Virus record (IMG/VR): IMGVR_UViG_3300045988_083850
DNA from: a virus
Length of the DNA stretch: 41,564 bases
Strand: one strand, 5' to 3'
Shown piece by piece: positions 16,226-25,688 of the stretch (within the stretch, counting starts at the first letter, position 1; each line of letters starts with the position of its first letter). The notes below the pieces were generated by a model, which made no database searches, was not told the DNA's origin, and saw only the letters and a program-made list of their open reading frames with translations. The position numbers and the translations under genes were made by a program.

Positions 16226-16512
16226 GAGCAACAAAGTAGAATGTTGCTACAATGTTGCTCTACGGCTGAAACTGAAAGCGACAATCGTAAAAGGAGCAAC
16301 AACAACAGAAAGAAAAATGCTTTGTTGCTCACTTTGTTGCTTTCTAAAGTGCTGATAATCAATATATAACTATATATAGCAATAATAACAACATAAAAAG
16401 TAGTATAAGTAGTAATGTATAGTTATATACTATAAAATACCTATATATAGGGTATTAAGTATATCTATATAGAATGTTGAAAATAGAATGTTGCTCTAAG
16501 GAGTAAGGAAAT
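16226..16512. promoter_or_regulatory. candidate replication origin: TGTTGCT iterons flanking an AT-rich TATATA block
   Basis: TGTTGCT or its complement occurs at about 16226-16236 (gagcaacaaag), 16238-16248, 16251-16260, 16294-16303 (gagcaacaac), 16321-16330, 16333-16341 and 16485-16498. A related agaatgttga occurs at 16471-16480. A nearly pure A/T stretch spans about 16355-16470. Confidence 0.45.
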
Positions 16513-16833
16513 ATGAAGAAGTTGGAAGCATTAACACGCCACGCCGAGGTATCGGAAAAGGCGATAGAAAAATATTTGGTGCAAGAGGTGAAAGCCATTG
16601 GTGGCCTTTGCCTCAAATACTCAAATGCAAACATGGTGGGCTATCCTGATAGAGTGGTATGCCTACATGGTGGTAAGGTTGTTTGGGTGGAGTTGAAAAG
16701 TAAAGGCAAGAAGCCAACGAAGATACAAACCATAAGACAAAATGAGTTGGTAAGCATGGGCCACGAAGTCTATACAATCGACAACAAACAGACGATCGAC
16801 GAGTTAATTAAAGTTTGGAGGGCAGAACAATGA
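16513..16833 (+). CDS. VRR-NUC domain nuclease
   Basis: GYPDRVVCLHGGKVVWVELKSKGKKPTKIQ carries the D...E-x-K core in the VRR-NUC arrangement. 106 aa. Confidence 0.75.
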   Translation: MKKLEALTRHAEVSEKAIEKYLVQEVKAIGGLCLKYSNANMVGYPDRVVCLHGGKVVWVELKSKGKKPTKIQTIRQNELVSMGHEVYTIDNKQTIDELIKVWRAEQ

Positions 16834-18230
16834 AGTACAGACCATACGAGTATCAGAAAACAGCGATGCAGTGGATATTGGACCACCCACGATGCGGTTT
16901 GTTTCTGGATATGGGTTTAGGTAAGACGGTAAGCACACTTACAGCCATACAACAATTAATGGATGATTGCGAGGTTAGCCGTACTTTGGTGGTAGCACCG
17001 AAAAAGGTAGCTGAAACAACATGGACCACCGAGGCCGAAAAGTGGAATCATTTGCAAAGCCTGAAAGTGGCAAAGGTGATGGGCACAGAGAAAAAGCGTA
17101 ATTTGGCATTGGCATCTAAAGCCGACATCTACGTTATCGGACGTGATAGCTTTGTTTGGTTAGTTGGTAAGTATGGCGGTCAGTTGCCATTTGATGTGTT
17201 GGTGATTGATGAGCTAACGAGTTTCAAATCTCCTAAGTCAAACCGATTTAAGGCGATGCGTACAGCCATACCAACGGTTAGTCGAGTTATCGGACTTACA
17301 GGAACGCCAGCACCTAACGGATTGATAGACCTATGGGCACAAATGTACTGTATAGACATGGGCGAGCGTTTGGGCAAGAGCGTAACGAAGTATCGTGACA
17401 CCTACTTTGATACCCACAAGCATAACGATATAGTAGTACGTTGCGACATCAAAAAGGGGTGTGAGGACATCATTAAAAACAAGATTTCTGATATTTGCCT
17501 ATCTATGCAAGCAAAGGACTATTTGCAGTTGCCGGACATGATCACCCACGAAACCAAACTTACTTTGTCGCCAAAGGTGATGGAGGCATACAACAAGTTT
17601 GAGAAAGAAAAAGTTTTGGAGTTTACCGAATTGCATACCGGAGAAAATGCCAATATCTTAGCGAATAGTGCCGCCGGGCTGATGAATAAGTTAAGCCAGT
17701 TTGCCAACGGTGCAATATACGATGAGGCCAAGGACGTACACGAAATACACGATGAGAAGTTGGATAAGTTAGCCGAGATTGTGGAAGCTGCAAACGGTAA
17801 TCATGTGTTAATCTTCTATCAGTTCAAGCATGATGTAACACGTATCACCAAGAAACTGAAAGGCTATATCGTTAAGTCATACGAGGGCGAAAAGGAGTTG
17901 AAAGAGTGGAACGCCGGAAAGATAGACGTACTATTAGCCCACCCGATGAGCACGGCGTTTGGCTTGAATATGCAGCAAGGTGGGCACTATATCGTATGGT
18001 TTGGCACAGGTTGGAATCTGGAATTATACCAACAAGCCAACGCACGATTACACCGACAGGGACAGCAGTACCCAGTACAGGTGTATAAGTTGATTTGTGC
18101 CAACACCGTAGATGAAAGAGCCAACACGGCATTAAGTGGTAAGCAGGGCGTACAGCAATCTTTGTTGGATGGCCTCAACTATCTTGTAAGGAAGTATCAT
18201 GCAACAATAACTATCAAAGATGAATATTAG
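16830..18230 (+). CDS. SNF2-family helicase
   Basis: ATG at 16830 forms an ATGA overlap with the upstream stop (the track start 16815 is TTG). Motif I DMGLGKT, motif II VIDELTSF, then GLTGTPAPNGLIDLW and the C-terminal RLHRQGQ. Confidence 0.88.
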   Translation: MKYRPYEYQKTAMQWILDHPRCGLFLDMGLGKTVSTLTAIQQLMDDCEVSRTLVVAPKKVAETTWTTEAEKWNHLQSLKVAKVMGTEKKRNLALASKADIYVIGRDSFVWLVGKYGGQLPFDVLVIDELTSFKSPKSNRFKAMRTAIPTVSRVIGLTGTPAPNGLIDLWAQMYCIDMGERLGKSVTKYRDTYFDTHKHNDIVVRCDIKKGCEDIIKNKISDICLSMQAKDYLQLPDMITHETKLTLSPKVMEAYNKFEKEKVLEFTELHTGENANILANSAAGLMNKLSQFANGAIYDEAKDVHEIHDEKLDKLAEIVEAANGNHVLIFYQFKHDVTRITKKLKGYIVKSYEGEKELKEWNAGKIDVLLAHPMSTAFGLNMQQGGHYIVWFGTGWNLELYQQANARLHRQGQQYPVQVYKLICANTVDERANTALSGKQGVQQSLLDGLNYLVRKYHATITIKDEY

Positions 18231-18233
18231 AAT

Positions 18234-18566
18234 ATGGCAAAGGATAAAGACTATATAAGGTTGATACATACGGCCAAGTGGCTACGATTGAGACGTGACA
18301 AACTCAACGATACACCACTATGTGAGAGGTGCGAGGAATTGGGCAGAGTGGCAGCAGCCACCGAGGTACACCACGTTATCCCGGTTGAGGATGGACTAAC
18401 GAGGCAGGAAAAAGAACGCCTGATGTTTGATTACTTTAACCTCAAAGCCCTATGCCATGAGTGCCACGTTAAGGTACATACGGATATGGGCAGGTGTGGC
18501 AAAGTTCAAGCAAAGAACCGGGCCAAAGAGCACCTGAAAAGATTTGTGAATAAATTTTTGAAATGA
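18234..18566 (+). CDS. HNH endonuclease (terminase-associated type)
   Basis: CERCEE...EVHHVIPV...NLKALCHECHVKVH. It lies just upstream of the terminase genes, as in cos-type HNH phages. Confidence 0.85.
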   Translation: MAKDKDYIRLIHTAKWLRLRRDKLNDTPLCERCEELGRVAAATEVHHVIPVEDGLTRQEKERLMFDYFNLKALCHECHVKVHTDMGRCGKVQAKNRAKEHLKRFVNKFLK

Positions 18567-18758
18567 GGTTGCAAGGTGAACCCCGGGGGCCTATTTTTTA
18601 AATGGGGTACACCCCCGGTTAAACCTCACCAACCCCCTTTTCCACACGTGAGCCGATTTTTGGGCCGTGGGGGATTTTGCCCAGATGCAAAGCCCCGGCA
18701 TAGTTGGCACGATATAAAAACGCCCACGTGTGTAGGTTAATAATAAAAAGCAATATTT
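18567..18758. other. GC-tract-rich non-coding gap between HNH and terminase genes; candidate cos/packaging site
   Basis: ccccgggggcc (18581-18591), ggggtacacccccgg, aaccccc, ccgtggggga and agccccgg, plus two cccacRYgtg motifs. Locally much more G/C-run-rich than other gaps. Confidence 0.4.
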
Positions 18759-19457
18759 ATGAAGTTTGGAAACCAAGATGGCACAGGCTTTGGATTTGGC
18801 AGCTTTGGAGCAGGTCAGACCCAAGCCCCCCCACCCGATGAGGTGGAGCCGGAAGAAACCACAGCCGAGGCAACCGCCCAGGCAAAGCGAGCGCATAGAC
18901 GTACAAAGGAGTGTACCGAGTTATCGCAACGCTACGAATACCGCCGGGCATTTAGCGAGGTCAAGTTATTGGAGGCAATGCAGTACGTCAAGCTGCAAGA
19001 CCATACCACCTACAATTTTATCACCGCCGGGGACGTGGATAGCCTTAGTTATCTGAAAGTGGTACTTAATCAGCACGACTTAGACTATTGTTTGTTATCT
19101 ACATGGTGCATGGCGGCAGAGGATATTTTGCAGGTACGGCAATGGTACGAGCAAGGGCGCATTAAGAAACTTGATATGTATTTGGGCGAGATATTTCCGG
19201 GCAGCTATAAGATTGAATGGCAGATGGTACAAAAGTTCTATCAGGACCACCCAGAGGCAGGACGTGCCGCAGTATTCAAGAACCACAGCAAGATATACGC
19301 AGGGTGCAACTACGATGAGGGCTTTTATTTCGGCATACAAACAAGCGCAAACATTAACACTAACCCAAGAACGGAGCAGGGAAGTATAACAGTTGATAGG
19401 GGACTGTTTGAGTTTTACAAAGACTACTTCGACGGCATCCGCTCATTTGAAAAGTAA
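18759..19457 (+). CDS. hypothetical protein with disordered N-terminus and a weak HKD (PLD-nuclease-like) motif
   Basis: The N-terminus is GFGFGSFGAGQTQAPPPDEVEPEE. Later NHSKIYAGCNYDEGFYFGIQTSANINTN resembles HxK...GSxN, but the canonical Asp is absent. Confidence 0.3.
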   Translation: MKFGNQDGTGFGFGSFGAGQTQAPPPDEVEPEETTAEATAQAKRAHRRTKECTELSQRYEYRRAFSEVKLLEAMQYVKLQDHTTYNFITAGDVDSLSYLKVVLNQHDLDYCLLSTWCMAAEDILQVRQWYEQGRIKKLDMYLGEIFPGSYKIEWQMVQKFYQDHPEAGRAAVFKNHSKIYAGCNYDEGFYFGIQTSANINTNPRTEQGSITVDRGLFEFYKDYFDGIRSFEK

Positions 19458-19463
19458 CGCAGC

Positions 19464-20168
19464 ATGGAAGAAAAGAAACAAAAGTTTTTGGAGGCTTTGG
19501 CGCAGGGCTACGGCATCATAGCCACAGCGTGCGAGGCGATAGGCATAGGGCGCAGTACTTATTACCGATGGTACAACGCAGACCCAGAGTTTAAGGAGAA
19601 AGTGGACGAGATCACCGAGACGCAGGTAGATTTTGTCGAAAGCAAGTTGATGCAGTCGATAAACGCCAACGACACAACGGCTATTATCTTCTATCTGAAG
19701 ACCAAGGGCAAAAAGCGAGGTTACAGCGATAAGGCGCAGCCGAAGACCGCCGACCCATTGCCAGTTAGCCAGACTTTGCCGGAGCCATCCACAGAGGAAG
19801 ACAACAAGAAGATAGCCGCCAAGATTAAGAGCAAAAAAGCGTATATCGTTAAGTTGTTGAAGAAGCAAGGCAAATATACCGCCGAACTTACATACCAAGT
19901 GGATATTACAGCTAAGTTGTTGGTACGTGCCGACATTTTGGGCGATGAGATCATGGCAGACGGGCACCAGGCCGTAAACGTGGAGTACAGCCGAGAGGGT
20001 AACGAACGCAAGACGATCGACCCGAAAGAAAAGCTATATATCGAGTTGTTGCAGCAGGGACAGAAAGCGTTAAGGGCTTTGGGCATGAACACCGAGAGCA
20101 AGGAACGAAAGAGCGACAACGATAGTTTTAACGACTTTATGGCAGCGATGCAGGAGGGCGACGAATGA
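19464..20168 (+). CDS. terS: terminase small subunit (HTH type)
   Basis: N-terminal HTH FLEALAQGYGIIATACEAIGIGRSTYYRWYNADPEF. The stop forms an ATGA overlap with the terL start. Confidence 0.65.
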   Translation: MEEKKQKFLEALAQGYGIIATACEAIGIGRSTYYRWYNADPEFKEKVDEITETQVDFVESKLMQSINANDTTAIIFYLKTKGKKRGYSDKAQPKTADPLPVSQTLPEPSTEEDNKKIAAKIKSKKAYIVKLLKKQGKYTAELTYQVDITAKLLVRADILGDEIMADGHQAVNVEYSREGNERKTIDPKEKLYIELLQQGQKALRALGMNTESKERKSDNDSFNDFMAAMQEGDE

Positions 20169-21910
20169 CAGAGGAAGAAAAAGAAAGATTTCGACAACTG
20201 AAAGCCGAGGTATCGGAGCAGTTGCGGCAGGGGCGCAGTACATACGCCGACCGTTACCACCGTGCGCTTATTGAAACAGATAAGCGTATCGGCGATTATG
20301 TGTTTGGAGTGATAGACCACCCAGACGCACACAACTTGTATGAGATATTGGGAGTAAGACGCTTTTTGCAGATGCTTGATAAATACGACTGGAAGCCCAA
20401 GCGAGTAAAGCGTTTTTTCAAGTTCTACGAGGCTTTGCGGTTTAGCGGCATCCGAGGGCGCACACGCTATAAGCTAACCCCGGTGCAAGCCTACCAGTTT
20501 GCCAATATCTACGGCTTTGCCCGAGAAGATGGGCGCAGACTGATACGTACCGCCTACCTATTCGTGCCCCGAAAGTTCAGTAAAACGACATCGTGCGCAG
20601 CTTTGGCGGTTTATGATATGCTTTTCGGTGATAACAACGCCCAGGCATACGTAGGCGCAAATAGCTACGATCAGGCGAAAATCTGTTTTGATGAGATACG
20701 AAACATCATGTTTGATATTGACCCAAAGGAAAAGCACTTTAGGGTTAATCGTGAAAAGATTACTTTCAAAGACCGTGGACGTGATAGCCTCATACAATGT
20801 TTGACCGCCAACGCCAAAACCAAAGATGGTTTGTTTGCCTCATTGGTGATAATGGACGAATACGCCCAGGCCAGAAACACGGCAGGTAAGAATGGCGCAG
20901 ACCTCAAAAACGTATTGACAACATCAATGGGGCCAAGGCGTGAGCCGCTAACAATCATTATTACCACGGCAAGCGATGTGGTAGATGGCCCATTTGCCCA
21001 CGAACTTGACGGAGTGATGGCAGTACTACGAGGTGAGGCAGAAAGCGACACCATGTTTGCATCTATCTTCATGCCTGATGTGGACGATGCAGAGGACAGC
21101 CCGGAGACGTGGGCAAAGGTGCAGCCACATTTGGGTATCACGGTGCAACCGGACTACTACGAAAATGAGTATCAGACCGCCCAGTTATCAGCCGAAAATA
21201 TGTTGGCTTTTCGCACGAAATTGCTTAATATTTTCACGATAAATGACGAAAAAACGTGGTTTACCCACGAAAAGGCAAAAGAATTATTGGGCAATTTCTG
21301 TATAGATCAGGTGCAGGGCCGCCCAGATTGTGCCGTGGCGTTTGATTTGTCGGTGCATGATGATTTCAGCGCAGTATCTTATACCGTGTACCTATCGGGC
21401 AATAAGAAGTTTTACACGCATACTGATTACTATTTCCCGGAGGGAGCATTAAAAGGGCATCCCAATGAGCAGCTTTATAGGCTTTGGAATGAAAAAGGGT
21501 ATCTTATTTTCTGCAAAGGGCAGAAGATAGACACGGCGATGATTACCGAGGATATATTACGACGCAGTAAGTTGGTTAATATTATCCGTATCGGCTATGA
21601 TGCTTACAAGGCGCAGGAGCTAACGAGTATCTTAAAGTCAGTTGGAGCGAGGAACGTGCTAACCCCATTTAGTCAGACCTACGGAAACTTTAACCTACCA
21701 GTAGAAAGTTTTGAGATGCTTGCATGGAGTGATCCGGTAAAGATAGAGTTTAACGACAACCCTATTAACGCTTTCTGTTTGGAGAATTGCGTGATAGATA
21801 CCGACAATCTGGAGAACAAAAAGCCGCTCAAAGTGTCACAATACCGCAAGATAGATGGGGCGATCACAATGCTAATGACTTTGGGTTTGCTATACACATT
21901 TGAGAGGTAA
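20165..21910 (+). CDS. terL: terminase large subunit
   Basis: 581 aa. Walker A-like VPRKFSKTTS, Walker B LVIMDEYAQ and a C-terminal nuclease-type region. It lies upstream of the portal gene. Confidence 0.85.
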   Translation: MTEEEKERFRQLKAEVSEQLRQGRSTYADRYHRALIETDKRIGDYVFGVIDHPDAHNLYEILGVRRFLQMLDKYDWKPKRVKRFFKFYEALRFSGIRGRTRYKLTPVQAYQFANIYGFAREDGRRLIRTAYLFVPRKFSKTTSCAALAVYDMLFGDNNAQAYVGANSYDQAKICFDEIRNIMFDIDPKEKHFRVNREKITFKDRGRDSLIQCLTANAKTKDGLFASLVIMDEYAQARNTAGKNGADLKNVLTTSMGPRREPLTIIITTASDVVDGPFAHELDGVMAVLRGEAESDTMFASIFMPDVDDAEDSPETWAKVQPHLGITVQPDYYENEYQTAQLSAENMLAFRTKLLNIFTINDEKTWFTHEKAKELLGNFCIDQVQGRPDCAVAFDLSVHDDFSAVSYTVYLSGNKKFYTHTDYYFPEGALKGHPNEQLYRLWNEKGYLIFCKGQKIDTAMITEDILRRSKLVNIIRIGYDAYKAQELTSILKSVGARNVLTPFSQTYGNFNLPVESFEMLAWSDPVKIEFNDNPINAFCLENCVIDTDNLENKKPLKVSQYRKIDGAITMLMTLGLLYTFER

Positions 21911-21956
21911 TTTGCAAGTTTTTAGAACATAAAAATATTTAATAAAATAATAATTT

Positions 21957-22006
21957 TACCACGATGCGCCAAGGTGTACCACGATGCACCAAGGCGCATT
22001 TTTTTT
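21957..22006 (+). terminator. tandem 20-bp repeat that folds into a hairpin followed by T8 (rho-independent terminator after terL)
   Basis: Repeat units are taccacgatgcgccaaggtg (21957-21976) and taccacgatgcaccaaggcg (21977-21996). atgcgcc (21964-21970) pairs with ggcgcat (21993-21999), with further inner pairs, followed by T-run 21999-22006. Confidence 0.6.
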
Positions 22007-22022
22007 GCTCACTTTTGTGTTG

Positions 22023-22030
22023 TATCTTTG
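22023..22030 (+). promoter_or_regulatory. TAtcTTTG -7 box upstream of the portal gene (late promoter candidate)
   Basis: tatctttg is the identical octamer to the one at 6329-6336. It lies 22 nt before ATG 22053. Confidence 0.45.
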
Positions 22031-22052
22031 GGGCTAAAAAGTATAATTATAT

Positions 22053-23324
22053 ATGGGTATTTGGCAAAACATAGTAAAATTTTTCAGCCGTAGCACCGAT
22101 GCAGAGGGCGCAGTTAGCGAGCCACAGACACCGGGGCCACGTACCGGAGACTATACCCAGTTCTTTAACTTTTTCGGTACAGGCAATACCGCTTTGTCGG
22201 TAGCCACTGTTTACCGATGTGTGCAGTTACTTAGTGAGAGTGTAGCTAATTTGCCATTTTTGTATATGAGACTGAAAGACGGCATTTTTGTGGAGGACAC
22301 GAATAGCCGTTTGCATTATCTTCTAACAGTACAGCCGGACTTTACAAAGTCGGCGTTTGACTTCTGGAAAGAAGCCGTAGAAAATGTGTTGTTAGAGGGT
22401 AATGCTTACATCGTACCAGTGTACAACAGGGCTACTTTAGATATAGACCGATTGGTTTTGTGTGGGCGCAATACTGTAAACCACGATGTGTATAACGATA
22501 CCTACATGATTACCGATACCATCAACGGTATATGTGGAGTTTACGATGAAAGCGAGATTATCCACATTAAGGGGCATACAAGTAACGGCAAACACGGCGT
22601 TAGCGTACTGGAGTATGCAAGGCAGACGTTAGACATAGCATTAACCGGAGATAGGGAGACGCTTAAACGATTTGCCAATGGCGGCAATGTTAGGGGTATC
22701 GTAAGCAACGATAAGACTACTACCGGGTTTGGTGAGTATCAGGACAAGGAATTGGAGAAGACAGCCGAAAACATAGATAGCCGTTTTCAGAATGGCGAGC
22801 GCATAGTTAGTTTGCCCGGACAGGTGGACTTTAAGCAAATTTCGCTTTCTTCTACTGATATGCAGTTTTTGGAGAGCCGCAAGTTTACGGTACGAGACAT
22901 TTGCCGTTTCTTTGGCGTGCATCCATCTTTTGTTTTTGACGACACGAGCAATAATTACAAATCGGCTGAAATGGCGAATGTGGCGTTTTTGAGTAACACG
23001 TTAAACCCACTTTTACGCAATATAGAAAATGAAATGTTGCGTAAGTTAATCGCCCCTACCCTATGTTGCAAACGAAAATTTGAGTTTGACCGCCGGGGAC
23101 TTTATGCAAGCGATTTGGATAGTAAGGTTAAGTATCAGGCGGCAACGATTGCCGCAGGTATCTACACGGTGAACGATTGGCGCAAGATGGAGAACCGCCC
23201 ACCTATCGAGGGTGGCGACAAGGTTTTAGTATCGGCAAATCTTAGAGATATTGCCAACGAGACCGCAGTTAATAACGCACCGGAGCCAGAGCCAAAGAAA
23301 ACTAAAAAGGACGATAAAAAATAA
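22053..23324 (+). CDS. portal protein (HK97 family)
   Basis: 423 aa, positioned after terL. Typical portal core LSSTDMQFLESRKFTVRDICRFFGVHPSFV. Confidence 0.85.
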   Translation: MGIWQNIVKFFSRSTDAEGAVSEPQTPGPRTGDYTQFFNFFGTGNTALSVATVYRCVQLLSESVANLPFLYMRLKDGIFVEDTNSRLHYLLTVQPDFTKSAFDFWKEAVENVLLEGNAYIVPVYNRATLDIDRLVLCGRNTVNHDVYNDTYMITDTINGICGVYDESEIIHIKGHTSNGKHGVSVLEYARQTLDIALTGDRETLKRFANGGNVRGIVSNDKTTTGFGEYQDKELEKTAENIDSRFQNGERIVSLPGQVDFKQISLSSTDMQFLESRKFTVRDICRFFGVHPSFVFDDTSNNYKSAEMANVAFLSNTLNPLLRNIENEMLRKLIAPTLCCKRKFEFDRRGLYASDLDSKVKYQAATIAAGIYTVNDWRKMENRPPIEGGDKVLVSANLRDIANETAVNNAPEPEPKKTKKDDKK

Positions 23325-23326
23325 AG

Positions 23327-24034
23327 ATGGAGACCAAGACGATGAATAAAGATACAATCATAAGACGGTGTTTGTGTACTCCTACCGAGTTACACGTTAG
23401 AGAGGCAGCAGAGGGCGAAGCACCGAGCCGCACAATAACTGGATATGCCATATTGTTTAACGTACCGTCGGCCCCATTGTGGAGCGACGAAGATAGCGAG
23501 GCCCGGGAAGTGATAGCCCCGGAAGCCGTTACAAAGGAACTCTTAGACGGCCAAGACATCAAAATGACGATGTTTCACAATCGGCAGTTGATTTTGGCAA
23601 GAAGCAATAAGGGCGGCGGTACACTTTCGTACACAGTAGATGAAAAGGGCGTGGCTTTTGAGTTTGACGCACCTAATACCGTGGACGGCGACAAGGCTTT
23701 GGAATTGGTACGCCGGGGCGACATAAGCGGTTGCAGCTTTGCGTTTTCAACACGCTACTATGATAGCGATTTTGTAGAGCGTCAAAGCAAAGTGGCGGCT
23801 AATGGCATTAACAATATTACCTATCGTGTTAAAGCGATTACAGGTATCTTTGATTTTACGTTGGCGGCTGATCCGTATTACCCAGATACGAGTGTAGAGG
23901 CAAGAGAGTTTACCGATGAGTTGAAGCGAGAGCAGAAGACCCCGGAGCCTCAACCACAGACAAGCGAGCAGAAAGAAAAAGCGTTAAAGCAGTTGCGTGA
24001 AATGCGCCACGCTGCAAAACGCAGTTTAGTATAA
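23327..24034 (+). CDS. prohead protease (HK97 family)
   Basis: ITGYAILFNVPS...MFHNRQLILARS...GTLSYTVDEKGVAFEFDAPNT..GDKALELVRRGDISGCSFAF. It lies between the portal and capsid genes. Confidence 0.8.
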   Translation: METKTMNKDTIIRRCLCTPTELHVREAAEGEAPSRTITGYAILFNVPSAPLWSDEDSEAREVIAPEAVTKELLDGQDIKMTMFHNRQLILARSNKGGGTLSYTVDEKGVAFEFDAPNTVDGDKALELVRRGDISGCSFAFSTRYYDSDFVERQSKVAANGINNITYRVKAITGIFDFTLAADPYYPDTSVEAREFTDELKREQKTPEPQPQTSEQKEKALKQLREMRHAAKRSLV

Positions 24035-24058
24035 CATTTAATTTTTAATTTTTCAGAC

Positions 24059-25354
24059 ATGGACAAAAAGACAAAGAAAACAATTAACGTTCGTGAGCTG
24101 ATTAACCAGTATCAGCAGAATTGCGACCGCATCACAGAGATTGCGGACGTATGCGAGAAAGAGCAGCGTGAGCGCAACGAGGCAGAGAACACCGAGTTTG
24201 AAACCCTCATGCGTGAAAATCAGTTGTTGCAAATGAAGATGCAGGCGGCAACCGCCGAGCATTTGCGTGAAAATCCAAACGCCCAGGAAGACGCAATTAA
24301 AATTATCCGTGAAAACGCCGCATCCGGTCAGCGTACCGAAATCATGCTTTTGCGTGATATGATGATGGTGCAAGACGTGGCAAAGGGTGCAATCGTGCCG
24401 CTTAACGTTCAGGACATTTTGAAACCTTTGCAGGAGGGCTTTATTTTGGATAAGGTAGGTTTGCCAATGCCAACAGGTTTGGCAGGTGACTTTGTTTGGC
24501 CTATGTACGAAATGGTTGAGGCAGAGTTAGCAGGTGAGGGCGCAGAACTTAGTGACACCAAAATACCTTTCAGCAAAATGACCGCAGCACCGGAGCGTAT
24601 GGGTATTGCCATCCCGGTAACTAACCAGTCGCTCAACCAGTCGCAGGGACTTTTGGAAATAATCGTGCGTGAGGTTATGCCGCTTGCAATCCGTCTTCTT
24701 TTGAACAAAATCGTTTGCGGCGTAAATAAGGTTAATGGTGCTACTAATTTGGTAGGCCCATTTGTGGCACTCAAAGACAACCCGGTATTGCTTTCAGCCG
24801 TTCCAACCTTTAACGAACTTAACATGATGAAAGCCGCAGTACTTGAAACAGGTATCGACGGCAGCAACCTTTGTTGGGTAATGACAAAGAGCATGGAGGC
24901 TATTTTGGAGGGCACACCAATCAATGAAAAGGGTATTTTCCTACCTACGATCCAAAACGATACCCTTTGCGGTTTGCCAGTGTACACATCAAATGTTATC
25001 CGTGATACTAAGGTATCTTATCAGAAGTATAGCGGCACAGCGTGGGCGGCAGCAGAAGACTTTGACCCACAGAAAGCCACCGCTAAGTACACCGTGACAA
25101 GTGCCGACGATGTTAAGAACATTTCGGGCATGAAGTCAGGCGACTATGTTAAGATTATCGCAGGTACGGAGTTTATCGGTTTGGGTGATTGGCGTTATCA
25201 GCCTATGGGTATGTTTGGTACTTTGCGCTTTATCGTCGATCCATACAGCAAGGCACGCAAAGATAGCGTAGATTTCGTGCTCAACACGGACTATGCTACT
25301 AAGACAATCCGCCCAGAGGCCTTTAAGTTGGGCAAAGTCGGTGGTAAGAAGTAA
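24059..25354 (+). CDS. major capsid protein (HK97 fold) with N-terminal coiled-coil delta domain
   Basis: 431 aa directly after the protease. The N-terminal ~100 aa are coiled-coil and scaffold-like. Confidence 0.8.
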   Translation: MDKKTKKTINVRELINQYQQNCDRITEIADVCEKEQRERNEAENTEFETLMRENQLLQMKMQAATAEHLRENPNAQEDAIKIIRENAASGQRTEIMLLRDMMMVQDVAKGAIVPLNVQDILKPLQEGFILDKVGLPMPTGLAGDFVWPMYEMVEAELAGEGAELSDTKIPFSKMTAAPERMGIAIPVTNQSLNQSQGLLEIIVREVMPLAIRLLLNKIVCGVNKVNGATNLVGPFVALKDNPVLLSAVPTFNELNMMKAAVLETGIDGSNLCWVMTKSMEAILEGTPINEKGIFLPTIQNDTLCGLPVYTSNVIRDTKVSYQKYSGTAWAAAEDFDPQKATAKYTVTSADDVKNISGMKSGDYVKIIAGTEFIGLGDWRYQPMGMFGTLRFIVDPYSKARKDSVDFVLNTDYATKTIRPEAFKLGKVGGKK

Positions 25355-25379
25355 TCACAATTTATAAAGTTATAACGTT

Positions 25380-25688
25380 ATGGCAGTAGTGAGTTTGGCA
25401 CTTTTTAAGAAGCACGTAAGGGCTGATGATTTCGCCGATGATGACGAGTATCTGGAGCATCTATTAGATACAGCAGAAAGCGCAGTTATCACGGCGACCA
25501 ATAGAACCAAAGAGGAATTGGCGCAGATGGGTAACGGAAATGATGTACCTACCCCCATAAAACACGCTATAATGATGTTGGGCGCACATTGGTACAATCA
25601 GCGTGAAAGTGTGAGTAACGTGCAGATGCACGCCGTGCCTGATTCGCTACAAGCCTTAATTAAACCCTATCGGAAATTAGCGGAATGA
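25380..25688 (+). CDS. head-tail connector protein (gp6-like)
   Basis: 102 aa reading LFKKHVRADDFADDDEYLEHLLDTAESAVI...IKHAIMMLGAHWYNQRE, typical of gp6-type connectors. Confidence 0.7.
   Translation: MAVVSLALFKKHVRADDFADDDEYLEHLLDTAESAVITATNRTKEELAQMGNGNDVPTPIKHAIMMLGAHWYNQRESVSNVQMHAVPDSLQALIKPYRKLAE

Noticed and set aside
18567-18758. GC-rich structured gap as a tRNA or other ncRNA gene
   Set aside because: No cloverleaf, T-loop (GGTTCGAAT-like) or anticodon arm could be drawn. The position between the HNH and terS genes fits a packaging site better.
19443-20332. Two long minus-strand ORFs (174 and 203 aa) opposite terS and the start of terL
   Set aside because: They lie opposite genes with recognisable HTH and terminase features and show no motifs. 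They are typical stop-poor antisense frames.
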